Source: Sedimentisphaerales bacterium (GTDB taxonomy: Bacteria; Planctomycetota; Phycisphaerae; Sedimentisphaerales; Anaerobacaceae). Taken from it: a DNA stretch of 64,000 bases. The stretch spans positions 3,392,001 through 3,456,000 of the forward strand of contig OY970194.1 of the NCBI GenBank assembly GCA_963708075.1. The letters are read 5' to 3'. The position numbers and the translations under genes are program-made. Positions 11,663 through 23,309 of the stretch are shown piece after piece; position 1 is the stretch's first letter, and every line of letters starts with the position of its first letter. The notes beneath the pieces are model-generated. The model did no database searches. It had not been told where the DNA came from and saw only the letters and a list, made by a program, of their open reading frames with translations.

Positions 11663-13370
11663 CTATCTTGACTCCGATTCGGCCCTCGGTGCATCGTACA
11701 GGCTGCGTCGAATCGCTTCCCGCTGTTCGGCCGCTGCACCATAGTCCATGTGGTCGCCGGCGGTCACCGCTTCCGCCAGGGCAACGCCGACCTCGGCTTC
11801 ACCGGCAGCGACGACGCTGGCGCCTGCACGACGTAGCGCGGGGGCGTCGCGAAGATGGGCGCAGCGTGCGAGGACACGCAGATCGGGATTGAGGAGGCGC
11901 GCTTGCCTGATGACCTCAGCGGCGTCCTCGATATCCGCACTCAGGATCAGGCTGCCGGCCGTCGCGATGCCGGCGTCTTCGAGAGTCTCGGGTCGCAGGA
12001 CGTCGCCGTACACTGCCGCCAGACCCTTGGCGCGCAGGCGGCGCACCGTATCGAGGTTGAGATCGATCACCGTGATTGCAGCGCCACGGTCGGTGAGGAG
12101 CCGTTGCACGATCTTGCCAACCGGACCATAGCCTACCAGGATGCAGCGACTGGGATCTATCGCTGGACGCTCGCCTGCGCCGAACCCGAGTGAGCCTGAC
12201 AGGCGTTGACGATAATCGGCGAGCCCAGCGATAAATGGAAGGATTCAACGCGATCGAGATGATGGAGGCGGCCACCAGGGCGTTCCAGCCGGTGTCGTTG
12301 ATCAGCCCCAGGTTGCGAGCGACCGAGCCGAGGATGAAGCTGAACTCGCCTACCTGAGAGAAGGCCGCTCCGACCGGTATGGCCGTCGCCAAGGGTACTC
12401 CGAGAGCTCGCACAGTCAACAGGGCGGCAAGGGGCTTGCCGATGACCACCACCGCCAGCACCACCACGATCGGCAGTGGAGCCTGCACGAGACTTGAGGG
12501 GTTGAACAGCATGCCGACCGAGACGAAGAAGAGCACCGCGAACGCGTCGCGCATCGGCACCGCATCACCGGCTGCTCGGGCCGCAAACTCAGAGCGGCCG
12601 ACGGCCAGTCCGGCCAGAAACGCCCCGAGCGCCATCGACACACCGAACAGCGTGGCGGAACCGACCGCAATCCCCAGAGCAAGGACCAGCACCGCCAGGG
12701 TGAACAGCTCGCGCGAGCGGGTCTTCTCGATCCGCTCCAGTGCCCAGGGGATCACCCACCGGCCAAGCAGCACCACGACGGCGACCAGGCCCACGACCTT
12801 GAGCGCTGCCAGTCCGAGCACGGCCCCGGCGCTCTGGTTTGTACCCCCGCCCGGAGCAAAGATGATCGGCAGCAGCAGCAGCATGGCCACGGTGAGGAGG
12901 TCCTCCACCACGGTCCAGCCGATGGCGATGTAACCGATCTGCGTGTGCAGATCGCGCCGTTCGGCCAGTACCAGGGCCATCACGACCGTGCTGGCAACCG
13001 AAATCGCCATTCCCAGGATGATGCCCGAAATCCAATTCCAGCCCAGCAGGCGCAACAGCAATGCCAACACGGTCGTGGACAGTGTGCTCTGAATCAGCGC
13101 GCCCGGCACGGCCACGCGCCAGACCGCAACCAGCTCGCGCAAGTGAAAGCGTAACCCGATCCCGAAGAGCAACAGAATGACGCCAATCTCGGCGAACTGC
13201 TCCGCGACCGCGCGGTTGGCGACGAAGCCCGGGGTGAAGGGACCTACCGCAATACCAGCCAGCAGGTAGCCAACGATGGGGGACAACTTCAGCCGGTGCG
13301 CGAGATAGCCGAAGACCAAGGCTCCAGCTAAGCCCCCGGCGAAGGTTATCAGCATGCTAAGCTCATCCAT
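11663..13370 (-). pseudogene. CPA2 cation:proton antiporter (YbaL/KefB-like) with TrkA-N domain, frameshifted at about 12160-12220
   Basis: TM domain (SPIVGYLLAG, RDAFAVLFFVSVGM, QVGEFSF) in ORF 11916-13376; RCK domain CILVGYGPVG...YGDVLRPETL continues in another frame ending at 11663. Confidence 0.85.
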
Positions 13371-13399
13371 CGTCAACTCCCGCAGAGAGCCCGGTCACA

Positions 13400-13799
13400 T
13401 CAACGACGTGGCTTCGTTGATGTGCCACCTGAATGATGCCTCCAGTACTCGATGTATGCCCGATGGCATTCAGGGCAGACCCAATCGATTACATCTCTCG
13501 TGTACGGGGTGTTGTCGGTTCTCCAAGTTGTACCTGTGGCCCCCATGGTTGGGGAAGTTCTCTCTGGCCACCTCACCATAATCCCGCACATAGACAAGTT
13601 CTCCGGCCACCGATATTCTCTCAGGATGCATTCTGGACGCATGGACAGAGCACATTGGCGCCGATCCCCAATGTCCCTGGGTCAGGTCCAAAGGACGACA
13701 TCCCGTCACCGCCAATATTGAGTACGCCAGAAGCGGGTATGTGAATATAGTTTTCAAAACTGGTGCAAGCCGCCAGACCATGGGCTCTGTCTTCTCCAT
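13400..13799 (-). pseudogene. hypothetical lipoprotein with CxxH/CxxC motifs, frameshifted near 13525
   Basis: LAVTGC lipobox, MCSVH...FPNHGG in ORF 13470-13799; the other frame gives TDNTPYTRDVIDWVCPECHRAYIEYW to 13400. Confidence 0.45.
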
Positions 13800-13808
13800 A
13801 CACTGTAC

Positions 13809-14957
<1,149 letters not shown>

Positions 14958-15126
14958 CTATCGGCAATACAACTCTAAGTCAATCCCCTCGGGCAAAACC
15001 TGATGAGGCAGAATCGTCCTTCTTCTCTGCGATGATTCATACACTCGATGATAACCTGACGTACCATGTGAATCAGGAATGTTGGCCAATCGTCGGGACA
15101 CGCCTCCCAGGGAAACGGAGAACTCC

Positions 15127-15450
15127 TCACTGGCTCAGTTTCAGGCCTACGACGCCGGTGAGGATGAGCAGGAAGGAGAGGATTCGCAGGAGACTTGCGG
15201 GGTCGGCGAAGAAGGCGAGGCCGATAAGGAAGGTGCCGGCGGCGCCGATGCCGGTCCAGACGGCATAGGCCGTGCCGATGGGGATGTCTCGCTGGGCCAG
15301 CCAGAGGAAAAAACCGCTCAGCGCCATCGACAATACCGCCAGGGCGATGAAATGCCACTTAAAGCGCGTCGTTTGGGACAGCTTGAACCCCAGCGGCCAG
15401 CCGATCTCAAACATACTGGCAATCAGAAGGTACAGCCATTCGAGTCTCAT
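15127..15450 (-). CDS. SMR family transporter (SugE/Gdx-like)
   Basis: WLYLLIASMFEIGW, IPIGTAYAVWTGIGAAG; 4 TM, 107 aa. Confidence 0.88.
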   Translation of the reverse strand: MRLEWLYLLIASMFEIGWPLGFKLSQTTRFKWHFIALAVLSMALSGFFLWLAQRDIPIGTAYAVWTGIGAAGTFLIGLAFFADPASLLRILSFLLILTGVVGLKLSQ

Positions 15451-15469
15451 TCCAGGGCATCGAACATAA

Positions 15470-15560
15470 CGGGTGGCAGCGCCAAGGCCGCAGCCCTTGG
15501 CAATGGCTCCACGGCATCACAAGAAGACCATCGCCAAGCTGCGCTTGACGCTGCCACCCG
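15470..15560. repeat. CGGGTGGCA-type inverted REP doublet
   Basis: Terminal inverted repeats CGGGTGGCAGCG/CGCTGCCACCCG, each arm internally palindromic; the right arm is 30/32 identical to 21502-21533. Confidence 0.8.
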
Positions 15561-15613
15561 GATGAGGCTAAACACGTACATTTGTGCACAAATTCGTGGG
15601 GGGACCAGGCTGT

Positions 15614-16105
15614 TTACTCCTTTTCCTTTTCAATGATCTTGCCGGTGTCCGTGAGTTTCAGAGTGATCGCGGTCCCGCCCTTCTTGCCTTCGACCTCATA
15701 GTACGTCTTGCCCTTTTCGATCTCCCTGTTTGCCACGAGCCCCTCGCTGGAGCCGAAGTATCGCGCGGCGGCGGTTCGAACTGCGTCCGGCAACGAGGCG
15801 TACGGAACGCTCTCCTCCGTGGAGAGCACCGTGCCGTCGGCGGCGACGTCGTACTCGACGCTCTTACCCTGCGACTTGCCTTCCACATCGTAGATGGCCT
15901 TGTCGCCCTCGCCCTCTTTCTCGATCTTGGCAATCTCGCCTCCGGCCATCAGCTTATCTATGGCCGCTTTAGCCGGCGCGGGGACATCCGACAATGTCAC
16001 CGCCTGGGCGGGCGCCTCCTTCGTCTGACACCAGGGGCACTTGCAGCCAGAAAGCCCCGCAACCAAAACGATCACCACAACAGCCTGAAGAATTCGGTAC
16101 TGCAT
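15614..16105 (-). CDS. PepSY-like repeat lipoprotein
   Basis: LSGC lipobox; two repeats of (V/L)P..(A/V)......YxVE...V..DG. Confidence 0.75.
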   Translation of the reverse strand: MQYRILQAVVVIVLVAGLSGCKCPWCQTKEAPAQAVTLSDVPAPAKAAIDKLMAGGEIAKIEKEGEGDKAIYDVEGKSQGKSVEYDVAADGTVLSTEESVPYASLPDAVRTAAARYFGSSEGLVANREIEKGKTYYEVEGKKGGTAITLKLTDTGKIIEKEKE

Positions 16106-16345
16106 CGTAGAATCTCCTTTCCATGCGGCATCTCCTGAACATCCTGGTCACCCAAGCGCATGCCGCGGCGCCGACGATGCCTTATCCTGTGACACAAAAC
16201 ATCGAATCCTCCTCCGCTTACGCGGAAACAGTAGCATGGAACATTCGCCGAGTCAATAGGCCATTTCTGTCGACGCCCGGACGGGGTGCGGTCGGCATAC
16301 GGTGGCGGATTCGGATTCCACCTGACACAAGAGCGCAGCCCAGTC

Positions 16346-16560
16346 TTCTTTCGCCCCTACGGGGCTTTGGGATGTGATTGGCTATCGTACCCACCGTTGA
16401 AACGGTGGGCTAGTGTCGATCGCCCCCGTGGGGCGGACGAGCCGACGCAAGAGGACTGAAGCGAAGTCCAAGCCCGCAGGGCGATAGAGAATAGCCCAGC
16501 GATTGATCGCTGGGGAACCGGGGCCGAGGACAAAAGCCAGTCCCGTAAGGGACGAAAGAG
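16346..16560. repeat. composite palindromic element (two inverted halves of three hairpins each)
   Basis: Left: TTCGCCCCTACGGGGCT, CCCACCGTTGAAACGGTGGGCTA, TCGCCCCCGTGGGGCG; right: GCCCGCAGGGCGA, TAGCCCAGCGATTGATCGCTGGG, AGTCCCGTAAGGGACGAAAGA. Confidence 0.75.
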
Positions 16561-16646
16561 GCGCTGTCCGCACACGGCGGCTACACGCCGCCACCGAAAT
16601 CAGACCACACCCCCCGGACGAGGCAGGTCTGCTCCCACCGGATGGT

Positions 16647-17546
16647 TCAGCGGTCGATCTCGATGTCCTGGAATGAGAGCGGGTCGTCCACCGGCTCCAA
16701 GTGCGTGAACACCGTGACGCCGGAGAGCACGCCACGAATGTCCTTCTCCACGTCCTCCACCAGATGATGGCCTTTATGGACGCTCCACCTCCCGGGAACC
16801 AGGACGTGAATGGATACAAACCGCCGGCCGGCCGCCTGGCGAGTCCGCAGCGCGTGGAACTCGACCCCCTGTTCCTTGTACTTGTCCAGAGCCTTCAGGA
16901 CCTGCTCGTGTTCCTCCGGAGGCAGCGCTGTGTCCATGAGCCCCGCGACCGAGCGTCGCATGAGATGGTAGCCCGTTCGCACGATGTTGACAGCCACGAC
17001 CATCGCTATGATCGGGTCCAGCGGTTGCCAGCCGGTCAGCACCACGGCCCCGACGCCGGCGATCACGGCCACCGAGGTCCACACATCCGTCATGAGGTGG
17101 TGGGCATCGGCCTCCAGCGTGATGGAGCTGTGCCTCTTTCCGACGTTCAGCAGGATGCGGGCAACGATGAAATTGACGGCCGAGGCAACCATCGAGATGG
17201 CCAACCCGGCGCCGGGCTGCTCGATGGCGCGAGGGACGAGGATGCGATGAATGGCGGCGGCGCCGATACTGATCGCCGCGACGAGGATCAGGGCTCCCTC
17301 GGCGCCGCTGGCGAAATACTCCGCCTTACTGTGCCCGTAGGGGTGCTCCTCATCCGCCGGACGCGCGGCGATAATCAGCATGGACAAAGCGATGATCGCG
17401 GCCACCAGATTGACCAGCGATTCCAGCGCGTCCGAGAGCAGGCCGACTGAGCCCGTCAGGAAATAGGCGAAGCTTTTGAGCGCGATCGTGATGACCGCGG
17501 CGGCAATGGACAGCCACGCATATCGTGTCAATGATGAGCGTTCCAC
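16647..17546 (-). CDS. cation diffusion facilitator (CDF) transporter
   Basis: [51 protein letters not shown]. Confidence 0.93.
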   Translation of the reverse strand: MERSSLTRYAWLSIAAAVITIALKSFAYFLTGSVGLLSDALESLVNLVAAIIALSMLIIAARPADEEHPYGHSKAEYFASGAEGALILVAAISIGAAAIHRILVPRAIEQPGAGLAISMVASAVNFIVARILLNVGKRHSSITLEADAHHLMTDVWTSVAVIAGVGAVVLTGWQPLDPIIAMVVAVNIVRTGYHLMRRSVAGLMDTALPPEEHEQVLKALDKYKEQGVEFHALRTRQAAGRRFVSIHVLVPGRWSVHKGHHLVEDVEKDIRGVLSGVTVFTHLEPVDDPLSFQDIEIDR

Positions 17547-17832
17547 GTTCCGATCCCATTGTCCTTGGCGCCCCAGTCATGCATCATGCCGTTCCACAGT
17601 GGGGCCTCCACGTGTCTGTGCAAAGCGCCGGCAGGTCACAGCGGGCCTTCCTCGAGGCTGTCGCCTCGGAGCAGCTTGTCAGCCGGACGCCGGCGTCTGA
17701 TGATGCTCTTGACAACAGCAAATAACGATAGCATCACGGGCCAAGCGAATCAAGTGGACAAACGAGATTACCTTCGTTGCTTTGTGCGTTATGTGCGCAA
17801 ACCCACCGCCCCCTGCGGCACAAAGGCCCCCC

Positions 17833-18765
17833 CTACCTGCGTGCGTGCTCCCGCGACGTTCGATGTTTGACGAACGTGCCGTTACTGTAATCCTCGAAAG
17901 CGGTGCGCAGCTCCTCCTCGGTGTTCATCACGATGGGGCCGTACCAGGCGACCGGCTCCCCAATCGGCCGGCCGGACCACAGCAGAAAGCGGACAGGCTC
18001 CTCTTCCGTCGAGACCATAACCTCGTCGCCCGGCTGGAACAAGACGAGCATCCCGTTGCCAACGAACGGCTCTCGCTGCATGTCAAAGTAATTCGCCCCC
18101 TGCATCTCATACGTGAACGGGTCTTTCTCCCTGCAGAAGTAGCCCTTGCCCTCGATCACGTAGGCGAAGGCCGTGTGAGCCGGGTCGGTCGGGTGAAAGT
18201 GCTCGGAACCCGGCGGGACCGTTACATCCAGATAGACCGGGTCGGTCACGATGTCGCGAACGGGTCCCTGCGCGTCGGCAACCCGGCCGCAAATGATCCG
18301 AATCCGGGTGCCGTCATCCAATGCCACCTCGGGGATGTCCGCGGCCTTCACGTCCCGGTAGCGAGGGTCCATCATCTTGTGGCTTGCGGGCAGATTGGCC
18401 CATATCTGGAAACCCAACATCGCCCCGGCGGCATTGCCCTTGGGCATTTCCTGATGAATGATCCCGCTGCCGGCGGTCATCCACTGCACGTCCCCACCCC
18501 GGATGACGCCCTTATTGCCCATGCTGTCGCCGTGCTCGACCGTTCCGTCCAGAACATAGGTGATTGTCTCAATGCCCCGATGCGGATGCCAGGGGAAACC
18601 CTTGATGTAATCGGCAGGCCTGTTCGAGCGGAAATCGTCGAGCAGGAGAAACGGATCGAACAACGGCACCTCGTCAAATCCGAACGCACGCCGCAGGTGC
18701 ACACCTGCCCCTTCAATCGTAGGTGTGCTTCGCCATACCTTGTGAATCTTTCTTGTCTCGGCCAT
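17833..18765 (-). CDS. pirin family protein
   Basis: DPFLLLDDF, GFPWHPHRGIETITY, GDVQWMTAGSGIIHQEM, YGPIVMNT. Confidence 0.95.
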   Translation of the reverse strand: MAETRKIHKVWRSTPTIEGAGVHLRRAFGFDEVPLFDPFLLLDDFRSNRPADYIKGFPWHPHRGIETITYVLDGTVEHGDSMGNKGVIRGGDVQWMTAGSGIIHQEMPKGNAAGAMLGFQIWANLPASHKMMDPRYRDVKAADIPEVALDDGTRIRIICGRVADAQGPVRDIVTDPVYLDVTVPPGSEHFHPTDPAHTAFAYVIEGKGYFCREKDPFTYEMQGANYFDMQREPFVGNGMLVLFQPGDEVMVSTEEEPVRFLLWSGRPIGEPVAWYGPIVMNTEEELRTAFEDYSNGTFVKHRTSREHARR

Positions 18766-18966
18766 TGTCTCACCTCGGTAGTGGAGTTCTCTCGATTACG
18801 GCGTTAGATCAGGCATCATGCCCTCATTTCCTCCATTTTAGCCGCCGACGGCCACGGGCGGCACAAGGTTTTTCCTGCATACGGCAATGACTTGCCCGAC
18901 GTTGCGCGTTACAATACCTGCCCGATATGGGTCACGATCCAGGATCAACTGATGGAGGTACAACGA

Positions 18967-21468
18967 ATGTCGCACTCGCATGAAAGTCACGATCATCAGC
19001 AGATGCATCTGCACAACGAGCACCCATGCTGTATGCGGGGGAAGACGGTGGGGCAAGCCGCACCCTGGATGCAGCGGCTCAGGCACAGTTGGCTGTGCTG
19101 GCTGCTGCCGGTGGCAGGACTGCTGTCGCTCGCGTGGTTTCTGATTCGCGTGATTCCCAAGCCGTCACGGGCGCTGTACCCGTGCCAGCGCGTGGCCATG
19201 CCGCTGGCGTCGGGCTTTGTCGCCTGGTTGATCGGAGTGGCCGGCTCCATAGTCGCGTTTCGCAAGGCCAAGGGACTGCTGCGGCAATCGCGGCTGCCGC
19301 TGGCCATCGCATGCATCGCGGCGGGAGTTGTCTTTGGCGTAATCGCCGTCAGCAACATGCCGGAAAGCCGATTGACGGCCGCCCAACAACAGGGACATCT
19401 CGCCCTCGGCCAGGCCAAGGGGATTCATCCCGGCCGAGTTGTCTGGGTGCACGATCCCGAGGCCACCAACTGGGCGGGGCCGGGCGATGGACACCTTTGG
19501 CAGAACGAGCACACGAATCAGGCGGCGTGTGACGCGATGATCTCCAAGGCCCTTCGCTCGCTGACGGGCGAGGCGACGGATGCCAAAGCCTGGGATGTCC
19601 TGTTCCGATATCACAACAATGGCCGCGGCAAGGGCGACGTCGCTTACAAGCCGGGCGAGAAAATCACGATCAAAGTGAACTTCGTAGGCTTCATCCGCAC
19701 CCTCGATTCCGTCAATCATGAGACGTACGCCCTGCAGAAGTGGCAGGACTATATGAATACCTCACCGCAGTTGATCGCCGCCCTGCTCAAGCAGCTCACA
19801 CAGACCGCGGGCGTCAGGCAATCGGACATCGCCATCGGTGATAGCCTGTGCTATTTCGCCGAAGAATATTACGACATGCTGCACAAGCAGTTCCCTGATG
19901 TGACATACCTGGACTGCCAGGGCACCTCCGGCCGGACAAAGATGGACCTCTCGACCGTCCCCTTCTACTGGAGCAACCGACCCAAGGACGTTCAACAGGA
20001 CTACGTGCCCAAGGCGTACACCGAGGCTGAGTACTTGATCAACCTCGCCAACCTCAAGGCTCACACGGGGGCAGGCGTGACCCTCTGCGCCAAGAATCAC
20101 TTTGGCTCGTTCTTTCGAGCGCCGCCTGATAAGGGCTACTATGACATGCACAAGAGCAGCTTCAGCAAGGGGAGCAAGGAGTACAGGGATCTTGTGGACA
20201 TGACCGGCCACTCCCACATCGGCGGCAAGACCGTGCTGTACCTGCTCGACGGGCTCTACGGCGGCATTCACTACGCGGAGCGAGTGCCGAGAAAGTTCCA
20301 GTCGGCGCCGTTCAATGGCGACTGGACATCCAGCCTGTTCGCCTCACAGGACCCGGTGGCCATTGACTCCGTCGGCCTCGATTTCCTGCAGGCGGAGCCG
20401 GCCGCCCAGAAGTATTCCTGCATGCCCGGCACAGAGGATTACCTGCACGAGGCGGCGCTCGCGAACGATCCACCCTCCGGCACGTACTACGATCCCGACC
20501 ATGCCACGAATACCGTGCGGCTGGCCAGCCTCGGGGTCCATGAGCACTGGAACAATCCGAGCGACAAGCAGTACTCTCGCAACCTCGGAAAGAATGAAGG
20601 GATCGAACTCATGAAAGCGTCATCGGATGCAACCAAGCCGTCGTCTGTCGTCGCGCCGGGTGAGAAAGTCAGATTGCTCGCCGGCGGCTTCAAGTTCACC
20701 GAAGGCCCGGCCGCAGATGCGGAAGGCAACGTGTTCTTCACCGATCAGCCGAATGACCGGATCTGCAAGTGGTCCGTGGACGGCAAGCTGACGGACTTCA
20801 TGAAACCCTGCGGCCGGTCGAATGGCATGTTCTTCGACAAGGAAGGCAATCTCTGGGCCTGCGCGGATATGAATAACGAGCTGTGGAAGATCGATCCACA
20901 GGGCAAGGTCACGGTCGTTGTCAAGGACTACAACGGAAAGAAGCTCAACGGCCCCAACGACCTCTGGATCGCTCCGAATGGAGCCATCTACTTCACCGAT
21001 CCACTCTACAAGAGAGACTACTGGACCCGCGACCCTGCGATGCAGCAGGATGGCCAGCACGTCTATTACCTGAGTCCCGACCACAAAACCCTCACGCGCG
21101 TCGCCACCGACCTGACCCAGCCCAACGGCATCATCGGCACCCCCGACGGCAAGCTCCTGTACGTGGCCGACATCGGCGCCAGGAAGACGTATCGCTATAC
21201 GATCAACACCGATGGAACACTCGCCGATAAGACGCTGTTCTGCTCGATGGGCTCCGACGGCATGACGATCGACAACGAGGGCAACGTCTATCTGACCGGC
21301 AAAGGCGTCACCGTCTTCAATCCTGAGGGCCAGCAAATCGACCAGATTCCGATCAACAAAGGCTGGACGGCCAACGTCACCTTCGGCGGCAAGGACCGCG
21401 ACGAGCTCTTCATCACCGCCAGCGACGCCATCTTCGCAGCGAAGATGCGAGTCCGGGGCGTATATTGA
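18967..21468 (+). CDS. DUF362-like domain fused to SMP-30/gluconolactonase beta-propeller, membrane anchored
   Basis: WFLIRVIPKPSRALYPCQR, YLINLANLKAH..AGVTLCAKNHFG, SQDPVAIDSV; C-terminal FTEGP, NGPNDL, PNGIIG, GSDGMT; GGAGG RBS before ATG 18967. Confidence 0.8.
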   Translation: MSHSHESHDHQQMHLHNEHPCCMRGKTVGQAAPWMQRLRHSWLCWLLPVAGLLSLAWFLIRVIPKPSRALYPCQRVAMPLASGFVAWLIGVAGSIVAFRKAKGLLRQSRLPLAIACIAAGVVFGVIAVSNMPESRLTAAQQQGHLALGQAKGIHPGRVVWVHDPEATNWAGPGDGHLWQNEHTNQAACDAMISKALRSLTGEATDAKAWDVLFRYHNNGRGKGDVAYKPGEKITIKVNFVGFIRTLDSVNHETYALQKWQDYMNTSPQLIAALLKQLTQTAGVRQSDIAIGDSLCYFAEEYYDMLHKQFPDVTYLDCQGTSGRTKMDLSTVPFYWSNRPKDVQQDYVPKAYTEAEYLINLANLKAHTGAGVTLCAKNHFGSFFRAPPDKGYYDMHKSSFSKGSKEYRDLVDMTGHSHIGGKTVLYLLDGLYGGIHYAERVPRKFQSAPFNGDWTSSLFASQDPVAIDSVGLDFLQAEPAAQKYSCMPGTEDYLHEAALANDPPSGTYYDPDHATNTVRLASLGVHEHWNNPSDKQYSRNLGKNEGIELMKASSDATKPSSVVAPGEKVRLLAGGFKFTEGPAADAEGNVFFTDQPNDRICKWSVDGKLTDFMKPCGRSNGMFFDKEGNLWACADMNNELWKIDPQGKVTVVVKDYNGKKLNGPNDLWIAPNGAIYFTDPLYKRDYWTRDPAMQQDGQHVYYLSPDHKTLTRVATDLTQPNGIIGTPDGKLLYVADIGARKTYRYTINTDGTLADKTLFCSMGSDGMTIDNEGNVYLTGKGVTVFNPEGQQIDQIPINKGWTANVTFGGKDRDELFITASDAIFAAKMRVRGVY

Positions 21469-21472
21469 GACA

Positions 21473-21533
21473 GTAACATGGGCATCTTGCCCATGAATCC
21501 TCGGGTGGCATCGTCAGGCGCAGCTTGGCGATG
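21473..21533. repeat. two adjacent REP-like palindromes
   Basis: GTAACATGGGCATCTTGCCCATG (21473-21495) then CGGGTGGCATCGTCAGGCGCAGCTTGGCGATG (21502-21533). Confidence 0.7.
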
Positions 21534-21571
21534 ACCTCGTCTGAATGCGGTAGGAGTAAAGGGGCTGTCAC

Positions 21572-22585
21572 ATGACGACACGACGTATGTTCACCGCATT
21601 CATCGCGCTGCAGGCGGCCGTTGTATCTGCCGGTGCGCCTCTTGAGGTCAAGCTGCTCGATGTGAAGAAGATCTGGGACGCAGCGCCGCACAATGCTTTC
21701 ACCGACCTCGTTCGCTGGAACGAGCAGTTCTACTGCGCCTTCCGCGAGGGCCGAGGCCACGTCTCCGCCGACGGCCGAATCCGCGTCCTGTCTTCGCAGG
21801 ATGCCGGCTCGTGGACTTCGACGGGCCTGATCGAGCTCGCCGGCTACGACTTGCGGGATGCGCATCTGTCAGTGACGCCCGACAACCGGTTGATGCTCCT
21901 CGGCGGTGCCTCCCCGCGCGAGAAGGACGGCCAGAGCGCCCCTACCGGCTCATTCGTGGCGTTCTCCAGAGATGGCAAGGAGTGGACCAAGCCGCAGATT
22001 GTCTCCGAGCCGGGACGATGGCTGTGGTGCGTGACCTGGCACAAGGGCAAAGCCTACGGCGTCTCCTACTCCGCCGGGAAAGGCTCGCCCAGTCTTGAAC
22101 TACTCACGAGCGATGACGGCGTAACCTATCACTCGCTGGTCCCCAAGCTCTACAGCGAGGGCCGGCCGGGCGAAGTGACGCTACGTTTCGACGCCTCGGA
22201 CACCTGCTACGCCCTCGTCCGCCGGGACAAGCTCGGCGACCAGCCGTACAGCGCCATCCTCGGCGTTAGTCATGGCGACTACACACAATGGCAATGGCAC
22301 GACCTCGGCCCCGAATTCAACGGCTTCGGCGGTCCGAACCTGATCCAACTCCCGAGCGGCCACTGGCTCGCCGCCGGCCGCATGCACCAGGACGGCGCCC
22401 ACACCGCCCTGTGCTATCTCGACGTGACCAACCACACGATGACCAAGCTCCTGAAATTCCCCAGCGGCGGCGACACGAGTTACCCGGGCTTAGTCTGGCA
22501 CAACGACCTGCTCTACATGAGCTACTACTCCACCCACGAAGGCAAAACCAGCATCTACCTGGCGAAAATCAAAATCATCAGGTAG
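21572..22585 (+). CDS. secreted sialidase/BNR-like beta-propeller protein
   Basis: Signal peptide; HNAFTDL, CAFREG..H, DLRD, SRDGKEW and SDDGVTY Asp-boxes, PSGGDTSYPG. Confidence 0.75.
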   Translation: MTTRRMFTAFIALQAAVVSAGAPLEVKLLDVKKIWDAAPHNAFTDLVRWNEQFYCAFREGRGHVSADGRIRVLSSQDAGSWTSTGLIELAGYDLRDAHLSVTPDNRLMLLGGASPREKDGQSAPTGSFVAFSRDGKEWTKPQIVSEPGRWLWCVTWHKGKAYGVSYSAGKGSPSLELLTSDDGVTYHSLVPKLYSEGRPGEVTLRFDASDTCYALVRRDKLGDQPYSAILGVSHGDYTQWQWHDLGPEFNGFGGPNLIQLPSGHWLAAGRMHQDGAHTALCYLDVTNHTMTKLLKFPSGGDTSYPGLVWHNDLLYMSYYSTHEGKTSIYLAKIKIIR

Positions 22586-22639
22586 GCTGGCCTCCTCACT
22601 GATTCAACGCATCAGAATCGAGAGGGCCGACGTTGAAGC

Positions 22640-22969
22640 TCAGCGACGGCTCTTCGCCTTTCGATGCGGTGATCTACCGGACGCTCTCTTGCCAGACAAA
22701 CCCCTTTTCGCTTCGTTGAATGCCGCCTCTTCCAGTTGTATCCGCTCCCGAAGGATATGTGTTACCCATTCGTCAAGACCAGATGACCTGTGCAACCGAG
22801 CCAGAAAAGCTGCTCGCGCCGCAAGGTCTGAAGGAATGGCCAATGAAGACATCTTTGGTTTTTTCACATGGACGGCCTTTCCCCAAGCGGAACGGCTGTC
22901 TGCTTGAGCTGTCACAACCTTGTCAATTTCTTCTTCTGTCAAATGTTTCACTGGGTTTTTTGCCGTCAT
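22640..22969 (-). CDS. putative antitoxin (CopG/BrnA-like)
   Basis: ATGA overlap with upstream toxin; RHH-like SLAIPSDLAARAAFLARLH. Confidence 0.6.
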   Translation of the reverse strand: MTAKNPVKHLTEEEIDKVVTAQADSRSAWGKAVHVKKPKMSSLAIPSDLAARAAFLARLHRSSGLDEWVTHILRERIQLEEAAFNEAKRGLSGKRASGRSPHRKAKSRR

Positions 22970-23217
22970 GTTGGCCATCCTGTAATGATTCGAACGACAT
23001 TATGTGGTTTCAGTTGGAAAATGATCTTCAGCCGTCTGCCACCCGTGCTCATACCGATCAGTTGGTACCGATCTTTGAATCTCTTGTTCCGGCGGACTTC
23101 ATACTCGGAGAAGAAGCACTCGACTGCTTCCTCGAAAGCAACGCCATGATCGGCAAGCTCGTCGCGCTCAAAATCATACTCGAAGTTGGACGGTTGGAAA
23201 GAATGCCAATTTACCAA
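22966..23217 (-). CDS. BrnT (DUF497)-like toxin
   Basis: FEYD...LADHGVAFEEAVECF...DRYQLIGMSTGGRRLKIIF...VRIITG. Confidence 0.8.
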   Translation of the reverse strand: MVNWHSFQPSNFEYDFERDELADHGVAFEEAVECFFSEYEVRRNKRFKDRYQLIGMSTGGRRLKIIFQLKPHNVVRIITGWPT

Positions 23218-23309
23218 GGTACTCCCTCATCTTCTCGAAGACAGACACGCGTTTCGCACCCTGCGCAGTGGCCGACTATGCTCGTTTCGATGTAGACCCT
23301 GGATTTCAT
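23211..23309 (-). pseudogene. N-terminal remnant of a PIN-domain toxin
   Basis: GGGAGA RBS then MKSRVYIETSIVG, resembling PIN-family N-termini; unrelated sequence and a stop after 32 codons. Confidence 0.4.

Noticed and set aside
15451..15613. Guanidine riboswitch upstream of the SugE/Gdx-like gene
   Set aside because: No twin ACGR-loop hairpins or ykkC-like core seen; the space is occupied by a REP doublet
16121..16133. CCATGCGGCATCT shared with 50761-50773 (partial at 27212)
   Set aside because: Too short and without shared structure; compatible with chance
17547..17832. NiCo or other metal riboswitch upstream of the CDF gene
   Set aside because: Could not find the expected conserved segments on the coding strand
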